64,000 nucleotides of DNA from Candidatus Heimdallarchaeota archaeon (GCA_015523565.1 WAKA01000095.1:18383-82382); one strand, 5' to 3'; counted from the first letter of the stretch, positions 19,801 through 25,175 are shown. The notes: generated by a model not told the origin, from the sequence alone. Made by a program: numbers and translations.

Positions 19801-20567
19801 CATTGGACAAAGACCTAAACGTTGTTCTTGAACTGATTAACTATGAAATGATCCACACTGGCACAACAGAAATACCTTTCAATACACCTGAAACCGTTGA
19901 TGAACCTGTTGTTGCAGAATTGATGCATCACGTGGGTCAAATCACTCCGTTGGCAGTTTCAATCTCAACAGAAGCAATGGAACACATCAATGAAGAATTC
20001 CTCGACGCATATTTACTACCCTCTGAAAAAGTAATCTATGCTCGATTCAAAGTGCCAAAAAGGAAAATGGAGTGGCTCGCTGGAACTATCGCCGCAAAAA
20101 AGGCAATTTCTCTAACATTCAATGTCCCTGAAACTGAAGTGGAAATAATTAAAAACAAAAACGGGAAACCTGGTGGAATCTTTGAAGGAATTGAATATCC
20201 TGTCACCAAAACCCATTCAAATGGTGTTGCCATTGCATTGTCACACCCTGATGGTGGTGTAGGCATTGATATTGAAAAAATAGAGCCAAGAGATCCTTCA
20301 TTAATTAAAACCGCCTTCACCAATGACGAAATCAAGCGGTTCCAGATTAAGCCTGATAAACATAAGCTCATCACCCAACTCTGGTCTATAAAAGAAGCAA
20401 GCCTAAAGGCAATAGGAACTGGTTTGAAAACATCACTGAAAGACACAATCATCAAAAAATCGAGCAAAAGCAAAAGATATACCGTCCAAATCAAAAAGAA
20501 ATTGTTGTCAATAACATCTGTCACAACTGATGATTGGGTTGTCACTTTGGCTATACTGAATCAATGA
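10836..20567 (+). CDS. Type I PfaA/PKS-like iterative megasynthase: KS-AT-KS-(carrier-like x6)-KR-DH-PPTase, 3243 aa
   Basis: It is a single uninterrupted ORF. Catalytic motifs for each domain are listed in the sub-features below. The tandem carrier domains and overall layout resemble PUFA / secondary-lipid synthases (PfaA-like). Confidence 0.9.
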   Translation: MINMSGNDSQKIKIETPEIYDYEPVAIVGIGAIMPDALNAKEFWENIKSGKNSITEVPKERWDPELFYDPDPSVPDKTYTKIGGFIKNFEFNGIQFRIPPKIASKLDPIQQMALTAAKEALEDANYESDSFNKERTAVILGNSMGGEIVRQYTRRVYFPEIVRTLKQTKAFNTLDQDAQQQLLIEVEKEYKSHLEEITEDSMPGELANVIAGRIANVFNLRGKNMTTDAACASSMAAIDEAFKSLVAHEVDAVVCGGADRSMDVSTYVKFCKIGALSPDGSFPFDARANGFVMGEGVGFFVLKRLSDAIRDGNKIYALIRGVGSSSDGKGKGITAPNPIGQQLAIERAYKLAGISPAEVTLIEAHGTSTKVGDVVEVETLHKVFNKYNLPKQSIALGSIKSQIGHLKSAAGAAAIIKTALALYHKILPPSINFETPNPKIDWSNSPFYVNTQAKEWIHPSTKPRKAGVSSFGFGGTNFHVVMEEYDPNFDYFAPLKEKERHKETEPFAFQEFIAKNKHLQGEAFAISGKDESELKENIEFFFNSLPENTFLEDPEMPSLTEIRDQVKFKPNDGYRVAFAANSLEQIHDKKEIINKAILTPSFRKAAQKRGIYFSQDLPTGKIAFVFPGQGSQYVNMLKDLRDRYEIVQKTFEEADTVLEEFLGRKLSEIIFASNHQIKDNEELLKQTQFTQPAMLTADIAIFRLLKMHGIVPEMVAGHSLGEYAALVAAGVLSFPDALKAVAIRGRAMANVDSEDKGTMASVSAPFEKVQEVLKTVDDYVIAANLNSVKRIVISGSTQGVKKAMEKFKELGIQTVPLSVSAAFHTDIVAPAAKELAEFLKTIEFKSPRIKVSSNVLGDFYPDDPDEIRALLEKQVESPVHWIQQCETMYQAGARIFFEVGPKRALATFVQENLEGKDIVSQITNHPKTGDIYQFNDAIALARALGIQVSFIDFEYPKPKVKPKKADPLPKIKQQITAKTEYNPNELANFVKTQPSLQKIINDELFEQFLKHQGQAFNNFLLEAFEGFKKTIKESNAIAEKVQRLGLNLDDIVITGTGVGLPGKFKEIFDERNIELILDGYNFIDPVGDRKLKQQTDKNIVKLVKRDRGQPTLEKINNIRDVIKLAAQGGKFDFVEEFQLGEKIVEAYDRTTKLAIAAGLEALKDAGIPLVRSYTKTSTGSYLPSDWVLPEDLREDTGVIFASAFPGYDSLVQEMTKFYESKYAGEALDVLRKVYGEIVRKLGNKDEYREFVEFLEQNLNELEEHKSVYQFNRKFLFKILSMGHSQFAQLIKAYGPNTQVNAACASTTQAVGIANDWIRSGRCKRVILIGADDASGENLFEWIGSGFLASGAATTKEKVSEAALPFDRRRHGMIIGMGAVGIVIETAEEAKRRGIKPIVKILGTYYSNSAYHGTRLDVNHISYELEKFFKKINATTGLTPEQIANSAMFMSHETYTPARGGSAAAEIQSLRHVFGENASKIIIANTKGFTGHPMGAGIEDAIAIKALQYGKIPPIANFKEPDETLGNLSLSKGGKYNVKYAIRLAAGFGSQLAFALYEKAAGMDRETPQYEQWLKSIGGSKADLIKVGKTLRLKDNGPPKKSIQKTKIVKKVKSPTRPIPATVAKQKSTHANDILEWIANETGYPKDLLDDFVNPVKDLGINAQKLASVVGQTNVDNLTIADLKKLSFKDTSPQKSTPISTKPDSPKDVKVQKRTMTSQDGVIKEIVKIVAEKTGYPEEMLDPNLDMEADLGIDTVKQAELFGLIREHYNIPLIEDLDLSEYNTLAKIADFVNEHSSFESKATVSSSSSSANIGISQDQDEIIKTITSLIAEQTGYPNEMLEPDLDMEADLGIDTVKQAELIGMIRDYYNIPLIEDLDISEYNTIRRIANFVMEYAPASDKKQVVVHKEARDQDRILKTITSIIAEKTGYPEEMLEPDLDMEADLGIDTVKQAELIGVIREHYNIPLIEDLDISEYNTIRKISKFVIENTKPTTEIERKEIEDDKTPILQTITKIIAEKTGYPEEMLEPDLDMEADLGIDTVKQAELIGVIREHYNIPLIEDLDISEYNTISRVADFVMQYKPQESKPQESSQKEKSKERQQETQKENEKSNGEMLIIQKLKEKVSELTGFPAELVEENIDLEKEMGIDNAQILQLTKSLLDDLNLPDMKVTATSIKEIAQEISKLSPSSQKTYRYVIEMQESPRTLDPKNIDFIVLTEEKLENVKTVDLDGLEQTECNHLLILNPKPDFNISKLFEILKGKIDALKSFGVAETISRPKSINDISPITGAIGGMAKTLMHEFNINAKIIAANDLRVILNEFTDQNPDIEVVFDGSKRLVPALKEMDLPVPTDISLPKGSNFIVSGGAQGITFECIMPIVKSSENVRVILIGRTEIKENASEIAQMSDEQLKEKKNELLAQLKEKHEKVTPVMLNKEWSKIIKSAIVYQNIEKLKSMGAEVVYIQSDITAPSLPDKIKSNIIPDKPVFIVHGAGVEISKATKSKLTSEFELVYNIKVVGIENLLKSVKQENVKRIISFTSVAGRFGNATQIDYSAANEYLAKRMAMLKRQGVSATSIDWSAWAEIGMATKDTTMKVLQAAGVTPIPLKDGVARFLSEFFNSTEDEVVISGKLGMLAKGTKFVKNDKIPLPATENKKKLSSQKQRKEEGARKQEAQAKSESTQKMVTIKEPQTEKTKEIAKTRAPNQIKSQLHKEQPVTKKEQKTFPILNPEFPMMHGTITINKIIAGKKVLNLEQDLYLDDHRIDGKAVLPGVMGLEFFTEFVNYHGGKVTGMRSVVFSSPVKLPKDKPLEIFVIPEKVTGLNSIKLTLKSKFIGPDGKQLGDLRPHFVAEIIEGELAPGYPFLPATQSKWFIKENLVIPKEKIYEVFFHGPSFQVLDGIINLGANSISAVYNEPNEPLFPDKNASVHLAPRLIEACFQTAGMYDLLINKTMSLPNGITKIQLYQGFENAKYIHATQTRSKNNISHYNVFALDKDLNVVLELINYEMIHTGTTEIPFNTPETVDEPVVAELMHHVGQITPLAVSISTEAMEHINEEFLDAYLLPSEKVIYARFKVPKRKMEWLAGTIAAKKAISLTFNVPETEVEIIKNKNGKPGGIFEGIEYPVTKTHSNGVAIALSHPDGGVGIDIEKIEPRDPSLIKTAFTNDEIKRFQIKPDKHKLITQLWSIKEASLKAIGTGLKTSLKDTIIKKSSKSKRYTVQIKKKLLSITSVTTDDWVVTLAILNQ
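10900..12290 (+). other. Domain: ketosynthase 1 (KS, Cys-His-His type)
   Basis: Motifs are EPVAIVGIG, the active-site TDAACASS (Cys codon 11526-11528), EAHGTSTKVGD and GSIKSQIGHLKSAAG. Confidence 0.9.
12695..13560 (+). other. Domain: acyltransferase (malonyl-type AT)
   Basis: Motifs are FVFPGQGSQY and GHSLGEYAAL (Ser codon 12990-12992). The specificity region SVSAAFHTDIV (xAFH) resembles the malonyl-specific HAFH/GAFH motif rather than YASH. Confidence 0.9.
13975..15515 (+). other. Domain: second ketosynthase-like domain (retains Cys and both His, so not an obvious chain-length factor)
   Basis: Motifs are VITGTGVGLPG and VNAACASTTQA (Cys codon 14742-14744). The His regions are SHETYTPARGG and NTKGFTGHPMGAG. 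An insert of about 80 aa follows the N-terminal strand. Confidence 0.75.
15721..15897 (+). other. Domain: degenerate carrier-protein-like domain (Ala at the attachment position)
   Basis: The sequence ILEWIANETGYPKDLLDDFVNPVKDLGINAQKLASVV aligns with the repeats downstream. The motif reads GINAQ instead of GIDS/T. Confidence 0.4.
15990..17075 (+). repeat. Four tandem in-frame carrier-protein (PP-binding-like) domain repeats, period about 276-300 bp
   Basis: Four copies have the consensus ..I(A)E(K/Q)TGYP(E/N)EMLEPDLDMEADLGIDTVKQAELIG.IREHYNIPLIEDLDISEYNT... Copies 3 and 4 are near-identical at nucleotide level over more than 150 nt (compare 16602-16770 with 16878-17046). Confidence 0.85.
17175..17391 (+). 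other. Domain: degenerate carrier-protein-like domain (Asn at the attachment position)
   Basis: The sequence is LIIQKLKEKVSELTGFPAELVEENIDLEKEMGIDNAQILQLTKSLLDDLNL. It has the same helix pattern as the repeats, but the motif reads GIDNA. Confidence 0.4.
17400..18740 (+). other. Domain: ketoreductase (structural pseudo-KR subdomain plus catalytic SDR subdomain)
   Basis: The Rossmann motif is NFIVSGGAQGITFE (about 17905-17950). A catalytic Tyr context is IDYSAANEYLAK (about 18481-18515). About 160 aa of N-terminal structural half precede it, as in PKS/PfaA KRs. Confidence 0.8.
19000..19860 (+). other. Domain: PKS-type (double hot-dog) dehydratase
   Basis: The HxxxGxxxxP motif is LDDHRIDGKAVLPGV (His codon 19113-19115). 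The second-half motif is HLAPRLIEACFQ, which resembles HPxLLDxxxQ with Glu in place of Asp. Confidence 0.75.
20030..20564 (+). other. Domain: C-terminal Sfp-type 4'-phosphopantetheinyl transferase
   Basis: The ordered PPTase motifs are KRKMEWLAGTIAAKKAI, KNGKPGG, KTHSNGVAIALS, GVGIDIEKI, FTNDEIKRF and LWSIKEASLKAIGTGL. Confidence 0.7.
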
Positions 20568-20589
20568 CAAGTTAACGAAGAAAATATTA

Positions 20590-21402
20590 ATGGCATATGA
20601 AATTCAAATTATGATTGATTTAACAGGCAAACGAGCAATCGTTTTTGGTGTCGCCTCAGAAACAAGCATTGCTTGGGCAATTTCAAAATGGCTTGCCAAA
20701 GCCGGTGCAAAAATCACCCTTTCATATCAAAAACGCTTTAGATCCCGTATTTACTCATTGACCAAAGATGTTGACTTCATCGAGGGGATGCATGAGTGCG
20801 ATGTTGCTTATGACGATCAGGTAAGGGATTTCTTTGCAAACTTGGACGGGAAATTTGATATGGTCGTACATGCAATCGGCTATGCTCCTGCAACCGCATT
20901 GAGCAAACCTATTATCTACACTTCCGAAGAGGATTTCAACACTGCAATGGTGATCTCTGCATATTCTCTGCAAAGAATTGTCAGGCATGCCATGAGGGTG
21001 TTGAACCCAAACAGTGCCTTTCTTACGCTGACATATTTGGGTGCTGTCCGTGTGGTTCCTGGATACCGAATTATGGGCGTTGCCAAAGCCGCTTTAGAGG
21101 CATTTGTCAGGGAGCTTTCTGTCAACATAGGTCTTGCTGGTCATCGTATCAATGCAATTTCCTCAGGACCAATTAAAACTCTTGCAGCAAGTCATGTCCC
21201 TGGATTTGACAACATCCTTGAGTATATGCAACATGCATCCCCGCTAAGACGAAACGTCGTACAGGATGATGTTGCCAAAACGGCTCTGTTTTTACTGAGT
21301 GATTTGAGCTCAGGCATAACTGGCCAAACAATCTATGTTGATACAGGCTTTTCCAGCGTTGCTCTTCCTGCTGATATTGACAAGCTCAAATTTGAGGATT
21401 AA
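20590..21402 (+). CDS. fabI: Enoyl-[acyl-carrier-protein] reductase, FabI type (SDR)
   Basis: FabI signatures are GKRAIVFGVASETSIAWAISK, the Tyr/Lys region LTYLGAVRVVPGYRIMGVAKAALEA, INAISSGPIKTLAAS and ITGQTIYVDTG. It starts 22 nt after the megasynthase stop. Confidence 0.9.
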   Translation: MAYEIQIMIDLTGKRAIVFGVASETSIAWAISKWLAKAGAKITLSYQKRFRSRIYSLTKDVDFIEGMHECDVAYDDQVRDFFANLDGKFDMVVHAIGYAPATALSKPIIYTSEEDFNTAMVISAYSLQRIVRHAMRVLNPNSAFLTLTYLGAVRVVPGYRIMGVAKAALEAFVRELSVNIGLAGHRINAISSGPIKTLAASHVPGFDNILEYMQHASPLRRNVVQDDVAKTALFLLSDLSSGITGQTIYVDTGFSSVALPADIDKLKFED

Positions 21403-21836
21403 ATGTCAATTATGAAATGAGCCTCCCACCCATTGTCAACTTGCTTGACATAAAAATCATGCATTGTAATGGCTTTAATGTCATTTCCAATCTTATCATT
21501 CTCGGGATCAAATAAGTCACCAACAAATTTCCCCTTAACTGCATATCCCTCGTTTTCCTTATCAACGTGAAGTTCAACATTCTTGACAAAAAATAGCTCC
21601 GCATCTTTCAAATAAACCATCTCCTCAAGAAGCGTGTGCAACAGCAAATCCAATGATTTCTCCTCGAACTGAATGGCCTTCTGCATTAATTCATCCAGAT
21701 TACTTGGGTCTGTCATCAAATTTGCAATGGAAAGGCATGCATCCCTAAAAAGCTCATTAAGGTCTTTCCCCGTTACCTTAATGCCAATATCTGCAATTGC
21801 CTCTTCTTCTAGATATTCCCATGGCATAACCTGCAT
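21399..21836 (-). CDS. Archease (RtcB activator / tRNA-modification chaperone)
   Basis: The N-terminus (EEEAIADIGIKVTGKDLNELFRDA) and C-terminus (IKAITMHDFYVKQVDNGWEAHFIIDI) match the archease pattern (..ADI....G..leelf and vKavTyh.l.v....w.a.vvlDi). It is about 140 aa. Confidence 0.8.
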   Translation of the reverse strand: MQVMPWEYLEEEAIADIGIKVTGKDLNELFRDACLSIANLMTDPSNLDELMQKAIQFEEKSLDLLLHTLLEEMVYLKDAELFFVKNVELHVDKENEGYAVKGKFVGDLFDPENDKIGNDIKAITMHDFYVKQVDNGWEAHFIIDI

Positions 21837-21881
21837 TTATTGTGACCCTTTATGAATTTGTTAACAGGTGGTTAAATAATT

Positions 21882-22415
21882 TCAATCTTTTTTCCAATAT
21901 TGTTCTCTTAACTTGAATCTTTGTGGAATGACTGACCTATCTCTTATGATAATGTTATCTTGTTCTAATCTCTCTATCTGCCTACGAATTGATTCAGGTC
22001 TCTTTAATCCCCTGTATTTCGCAATTTGTTCTGCTGTAGCTTCCCCTCCCCATGAAATGATTGCCTCTAAAGTTTCCCTAACTGATACTGCCTGTGTTTG
22101 ATGTAATCTAGTTGTTTCAAGATATTTCTGAAGGCTGTCTGGTAATTCTACTCTGACTTTTCTCTCTTGTTTTGGTTGTTCTATGGTTTGTTCTCTACAA
22201 TTTTCTCTAATGAGTTTTTCAATTACTGCCAATTTCTCTTCAATTCTTGTAAATGAGGTTTGTTTTTCAGGGTTTAGCACTGTGGGATGGGTGAAAAATT
22301 GTTTAACTGCCAATTCTATAAGTCCTGTTCTTGTTATTTTTGTCTCGCTACAATATTCTTCCATCTTTTCAAGCAATTCCTTAGGTAACCATAGTGATAT
22401 CTGGCGTTTCTCCAT
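21882..22415 (-). CDS. Putative transcriptional regulator: N-terminal ribbon-helix-helix (CopG-like) plus C-terminal winged-helix-like domain
   Basis: The RHH pattern is QISLWLPKELLEKMEEYCSETKITRTGLIELAVKQFF. The C-terminus (ATAEQIAKYRGLKRPESIRRQIERLEQDNIIIRDR) resembles a wHTH. Confidence 0.5.
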   Translation of the reverse strand: MEKRQISLWLPKELLEKMEEYCSETKITRTGLIELAVKQFFTHPTVLNPEKQTSFTRIEEKLAVIEKLIRENCREQTIEQPKQERKVRVELPDSLQKYLETTRLHQTQAVSVRETLEAIISWGGEATAEQIAKYRGLKRPESIRRQIERLEQDNIIIRDRSVIPQRFKLREQYWKKD

Positions 22416-22680
22416 GATTATATATTATTATATCATATTATATATTTTTCTACCTTTTTCTTTTTAATGTATTTTTTTATATATGGTTTGTATCGTGGCT
22501 TGGCTTTATTATATAATTTTATATATCGATTGTGCAATTATATATAAATTTATATTGTTTCCTAAATTATATTCTCCCAAAATTCCTTGGCATCGAATCT
22601 TGGATCCTTTATGTCCCCATGAAATGTTGATTGTGTTGATTTTTTTGATGATATTAGAGTGGGCTTGTATTATAATTGGT
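22416..22680. repeat. Extremely AT-rich intergenic region with reiterated TTATATA heptamers
   Basis: By eye I count six exact TTATATA and two TTATATT within about 200 bp. The region lies immediately upstream of the RHH regulator gene. Confidence 0.5.
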
Positions 22681-23127
22681 CTATTGGGTTGACAATTTTG
22701 CTTTTGCTATTGACCATTTCGCTTGTATCACCTTAATGACATCGAAATATACTGAAGAATCTGCTGTTGCCAATATTTGAGGTGGTGATGATGGACCACT
22801 CAACTCCACAGTGGTTTCTATCTTGTCTCTGCCAATGGGTATGCGTAAGAAAGCCGTTACTCCATCGATTGCCTCAAAATCTCCAACAATGGACAGGATT
22901 TTTTGGAGGATTTTTTCAAAGTCATAGAATTTGTCTTCTTGAATTTCCAATAATATAGAATTTTCTATAAATTTGCCGTCTTCCCTTGAGTCATTGAATT
23001 CTTGCTCCAACGCGGATGAGACCGCATGAACATCTTGCAAGTCTATTTGAACGGTGACAACCTCTCCCAAAGTGGAAAGGAGTCCAATGTCTGTTGCCAG
23101 TAACTTTAACTTTTCTTTGGTGCCCAA
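22681..23127 (-). CDS. Hypothetical acidic protein (148 aa)
   Basis: It is a long ORF with a TTG start and no motif I recognise. Coding is inferred from length and from gene packing on the same strand. Confidence 0.4.
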   Translation of the reverse strand: MGTKEKLKLLATDIGLLSTLGEVVTVQIDLQDVHAVSSALEQEFNDSREDGKFIENSILLEIQEDKFYDFEKILQKILSIVGDFEAIDGVTAFLRIPIGRDKIETTVELSGPSSPPQILATADSSVYFDVIKVIQAKWSIAKAKLSTQ

Positions 23128-23248
23128 CCGCGTTCCTCCTTGTTTCTTGTTAAATGATAATAAGTTGATTGCATATTTTAAACTTAAGGGATTTTGAAAA
23201 AGAAAATGCCAATTGGTAGGTAAATCTATTTTCAGGACGTTCTTTTTT

Positions 23249-23620
23249 CTACCAAGCGGTATATAGAATTTCTATGGAATCAAGAACCTTTTCTATGAAT
23301 GTCGTTGCAAGAGAATGTAACATCTTTTTCTCCTCATTTTTCGCTATCAATTGCAAATAATATTCAAGTTGGTTAATCATGGCTGAAAGGATTGCTTCAA
23401 CTCTTGAAATTTCAAGATGGGCCATTGTTTCATCAAATTTTGTCTTGTTGTCGATCACTGCAAGTGCGTCGATTATTGATTTGCCAGCCTCTTCCATTAG
23501 GATCGATAAAGTATCTTCCTTGTCAAAAGTCGTCATGAAAATCAAGGCTTTAATGTTCCTGATTACTTCCTCCATTTCGTCAAGTTTTTGCATAATTTGT
23601 ACTGTAGGTTTTTGATCCAC
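23249..23620 (-). CDS. Hypothetical all-helical protein (123 aa)
   Basis: It is an ORF with a GTG start and heptad-like helical composition. I recognise no family. Confidence 0.4.
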   Translation of the reverse strand: MDQKPTVQIMQKLDEMEEVIRNIKALIFMTTFDKEDTLSILMEEAGKSIIDALAVIDNKTKFDETMAHLEISRVEAILSAMINQLEYYLQLIAKNEEKKMLHSLATTFIEKVLDSIEILYTAW

Positions 23621-23724
23621 AAAACTTAACTATGCATCATATAGTTAAGGATTAGGCAATTATTATGGAGAGATGCTAAAAGAAATTTGGCATTTACGGG
23701 AAAATATTAATTCATCAAATTCTT

Positions 23725-25017
23725 TTGACTCTTGTGTGGTCTGAGGGTTATTCCCGATATGAAACGTCTATCGCTGAAATTTTTAAGGCTGAACAAAAAT
23801 TGAGATATCAGCTTAATGTTGAGGTTGCACTTGCCAAAGTCCAAGAGGAACTTGGCATGATACCCACAGGGTGTGCAAAGGAAATTGAAATCGCTTCCAA
23901 TAATGTAAAACTGGAACGTGTACTTGAAATTGAGAACGAAATCCATCATGATCTTATGGCAATGGTCAAGGCGCTTGCAGAAAAGGCGGGGTCTGCTGGA
24001 GAATATGTGCATTATACTGCAACTTCAATGGATATCCAAGATACTGTTCTTGCATTACAAATGACTAAGGCAAAAGAAGTCATTCTCGATGAAGTTGCCA
24101 AGGTTAAAGAAATATTAAGAAATTTAGTTCAAAACTACAAAAATTTTCCATGTGTTGGTCGAACCCATGGTCAATTTGCGGTTCCAACAACAGTGGGGTT
24201 CAAATTTGCTAATTTTCTTTTTGAATTAGACCTCGCTTCAAAAAACTTAGTGACCGTCCCAACAGAGTATGCAAAGATTTCAGGAGCGGTTGGCAATTAC
24301 GCATCTTCAATGAGAATGGATTTAGAAGAGAAGGTTCTTGCATCTTTGGGATTAAAACCCGTACCAATTTCTACCCAAGTTGTCACTCGTTTGGTTCATT
24401 CTAGGGTTTTGTTTGCCCTTGCCCAAATTGGCGCTGTTTTGGAACGAATCTCCAAAGAAGTTCGGCATTTACAACGATCCGAGATTGGCGAATGGTTTGA
24501 ACCTCGATCAAAAAAGCAAGTTGGAAGTTCTGCAATGCCTCATAAACGTAATCCCCATAAATCTGAACGTATCAACGGATTGGCTAGGGTATTGCGTTCA
24601 AATGTGATGGTCGGCTTGGAAAACATTGCCCTTGAGCATGAACGGGACTTGACAAATTCTTCACCTGAACGACTTGTCATTCCTGAAAATTTCATAGTTC
24701 TTCATTATATGCTACAACAAACAGTTTTCATTCTATCAGGTTTGGAAATCAATGAAAAAAACATTAAACGAAACTTGGATAGGGCCGCGGTTAGTCGTTC
24801 TGAGCAAATTCTAAAACTTCTAGTTGATAAGGTCGGACGGCAGACAGGTCATGAGCTCTTGCGAAGACATGTCGATGCAGAAAACTTCAGGGAATCGGTA
24901 CTCTCTGACGAAAAAATCACTGAATTGATCCCTAAAGACCAATTGGTGAAAATTTTTGATGAGATCAATGTTGGTTTGGCTCCTGACAAATGCGACTATA
25001 TCATTCAAAACCTATAA
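23725..25017 (+). CDS. purB: Adenylosuccinate lyase
   Basis: It has the fumarate-lyase signature GSSAMPHKRNP, plus GRTHGQFAVPTT and YTATSMDIQDT. It is 430 aa with a TTG start. Confidence 0.95.
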   Translation: MTLVWSEGYSRYETSIAEIFKAEQKLRYQLNVEVALAKVQEELGMIPTGCAKEIEIASNNVKLERVLEIENEIHHDLMAMVKALAEKAGSAGEYVHYTATSMDIQDTVLALQMTKAKEVILDEVAKVKEILRNLVQNYKNFPCVGRTHGQFAVPTTVGFKFANFLFELDLASKNLVTVPTEYAKISGAVGNYASSMRMDLEEKVLASLGLKPVPISTQVVTRLVHSRVLFALAQIGAVLERISKEVRHLQRSEIGEWFEPRSKKQVGSSAMPHKRNPHKSERINGLARVLRSNVMVGLENIALEHERDLTNSSPERLVIPENFIVLHYMLQQTVFILSGLEINEKNIKRNLDRAAVSRSEQILKLLVDKVGRQTGHELLRRHVDAENFRESVLSDEKITELIPKDQLVKIFDEINVGLAPDKCDYIIQNL

Positions 25018-25152
25018 ATTGATCAATTTTAATGAAAAGGAGACTGCTAATGTCATGGTACTCTTTTGAGGGCGATCCCTATGAGAAAGAGATTCATAGC
25101 AGTCATTACCCCCCTTCAAAACGTATTGGAAATTTATTTGCTTCGAATTAAG

Positions 25153-25160
25153 TATAAATA
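25153..25160 (+). promoter_or_regulatory. TATA box (TATAAATA) for the zinc-ribbon membrane protein gene
   Basis: TATAAATA begins 23 nt upstream of the ATG at 25176, and no SD sequence is present. This is consistent with a leaderless archaeal transcript. Confidence 0.35.
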
Positions 25161-25175
25161 TTTCTATGCACATGG

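Noticed and set aside
5895-21402. An impression that the lipid island is more GC-rich than its surroundings, which might indicate horizontal transfer.
   Set aside because: I cannot compute GC or codon statistics here. Conserved enzymes in AT-rich genomes generally look more GC-rich than fast-evolving hypothetical genes, so the visual impression is not evidence. It is left as a test under the island finding.
5895-21402. TTAA at both island borders as a transposon (piggyBac-like) target-site duplication.
   Set aside because: TTAA arises automatically when two convergent genes with TAA stops overlap by 2-4 nt. Convergent genes overlap at their stops elsewhere in this window too (CTAA at 29203-29206), so overlapping stops are a general feature of this genome. 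There are no terminal inverted repeats and no transposase.
22183-22692. Plus-strand ORFs 22183-22467 and 22483-22692.
   Set aside because: The first is antisense to the RHH regulator gene. The second lies in the extreme AT-rich TTATATA region, and its sequence (I/L/Y/F-rich) is what random AT-rich DNA translates to.
23707-24012. A 101-aa minus-strand ORF overlapping the purB 5' end.
   Set aside because: It is antisense to a highly conserved purB coding region and has no motifs.
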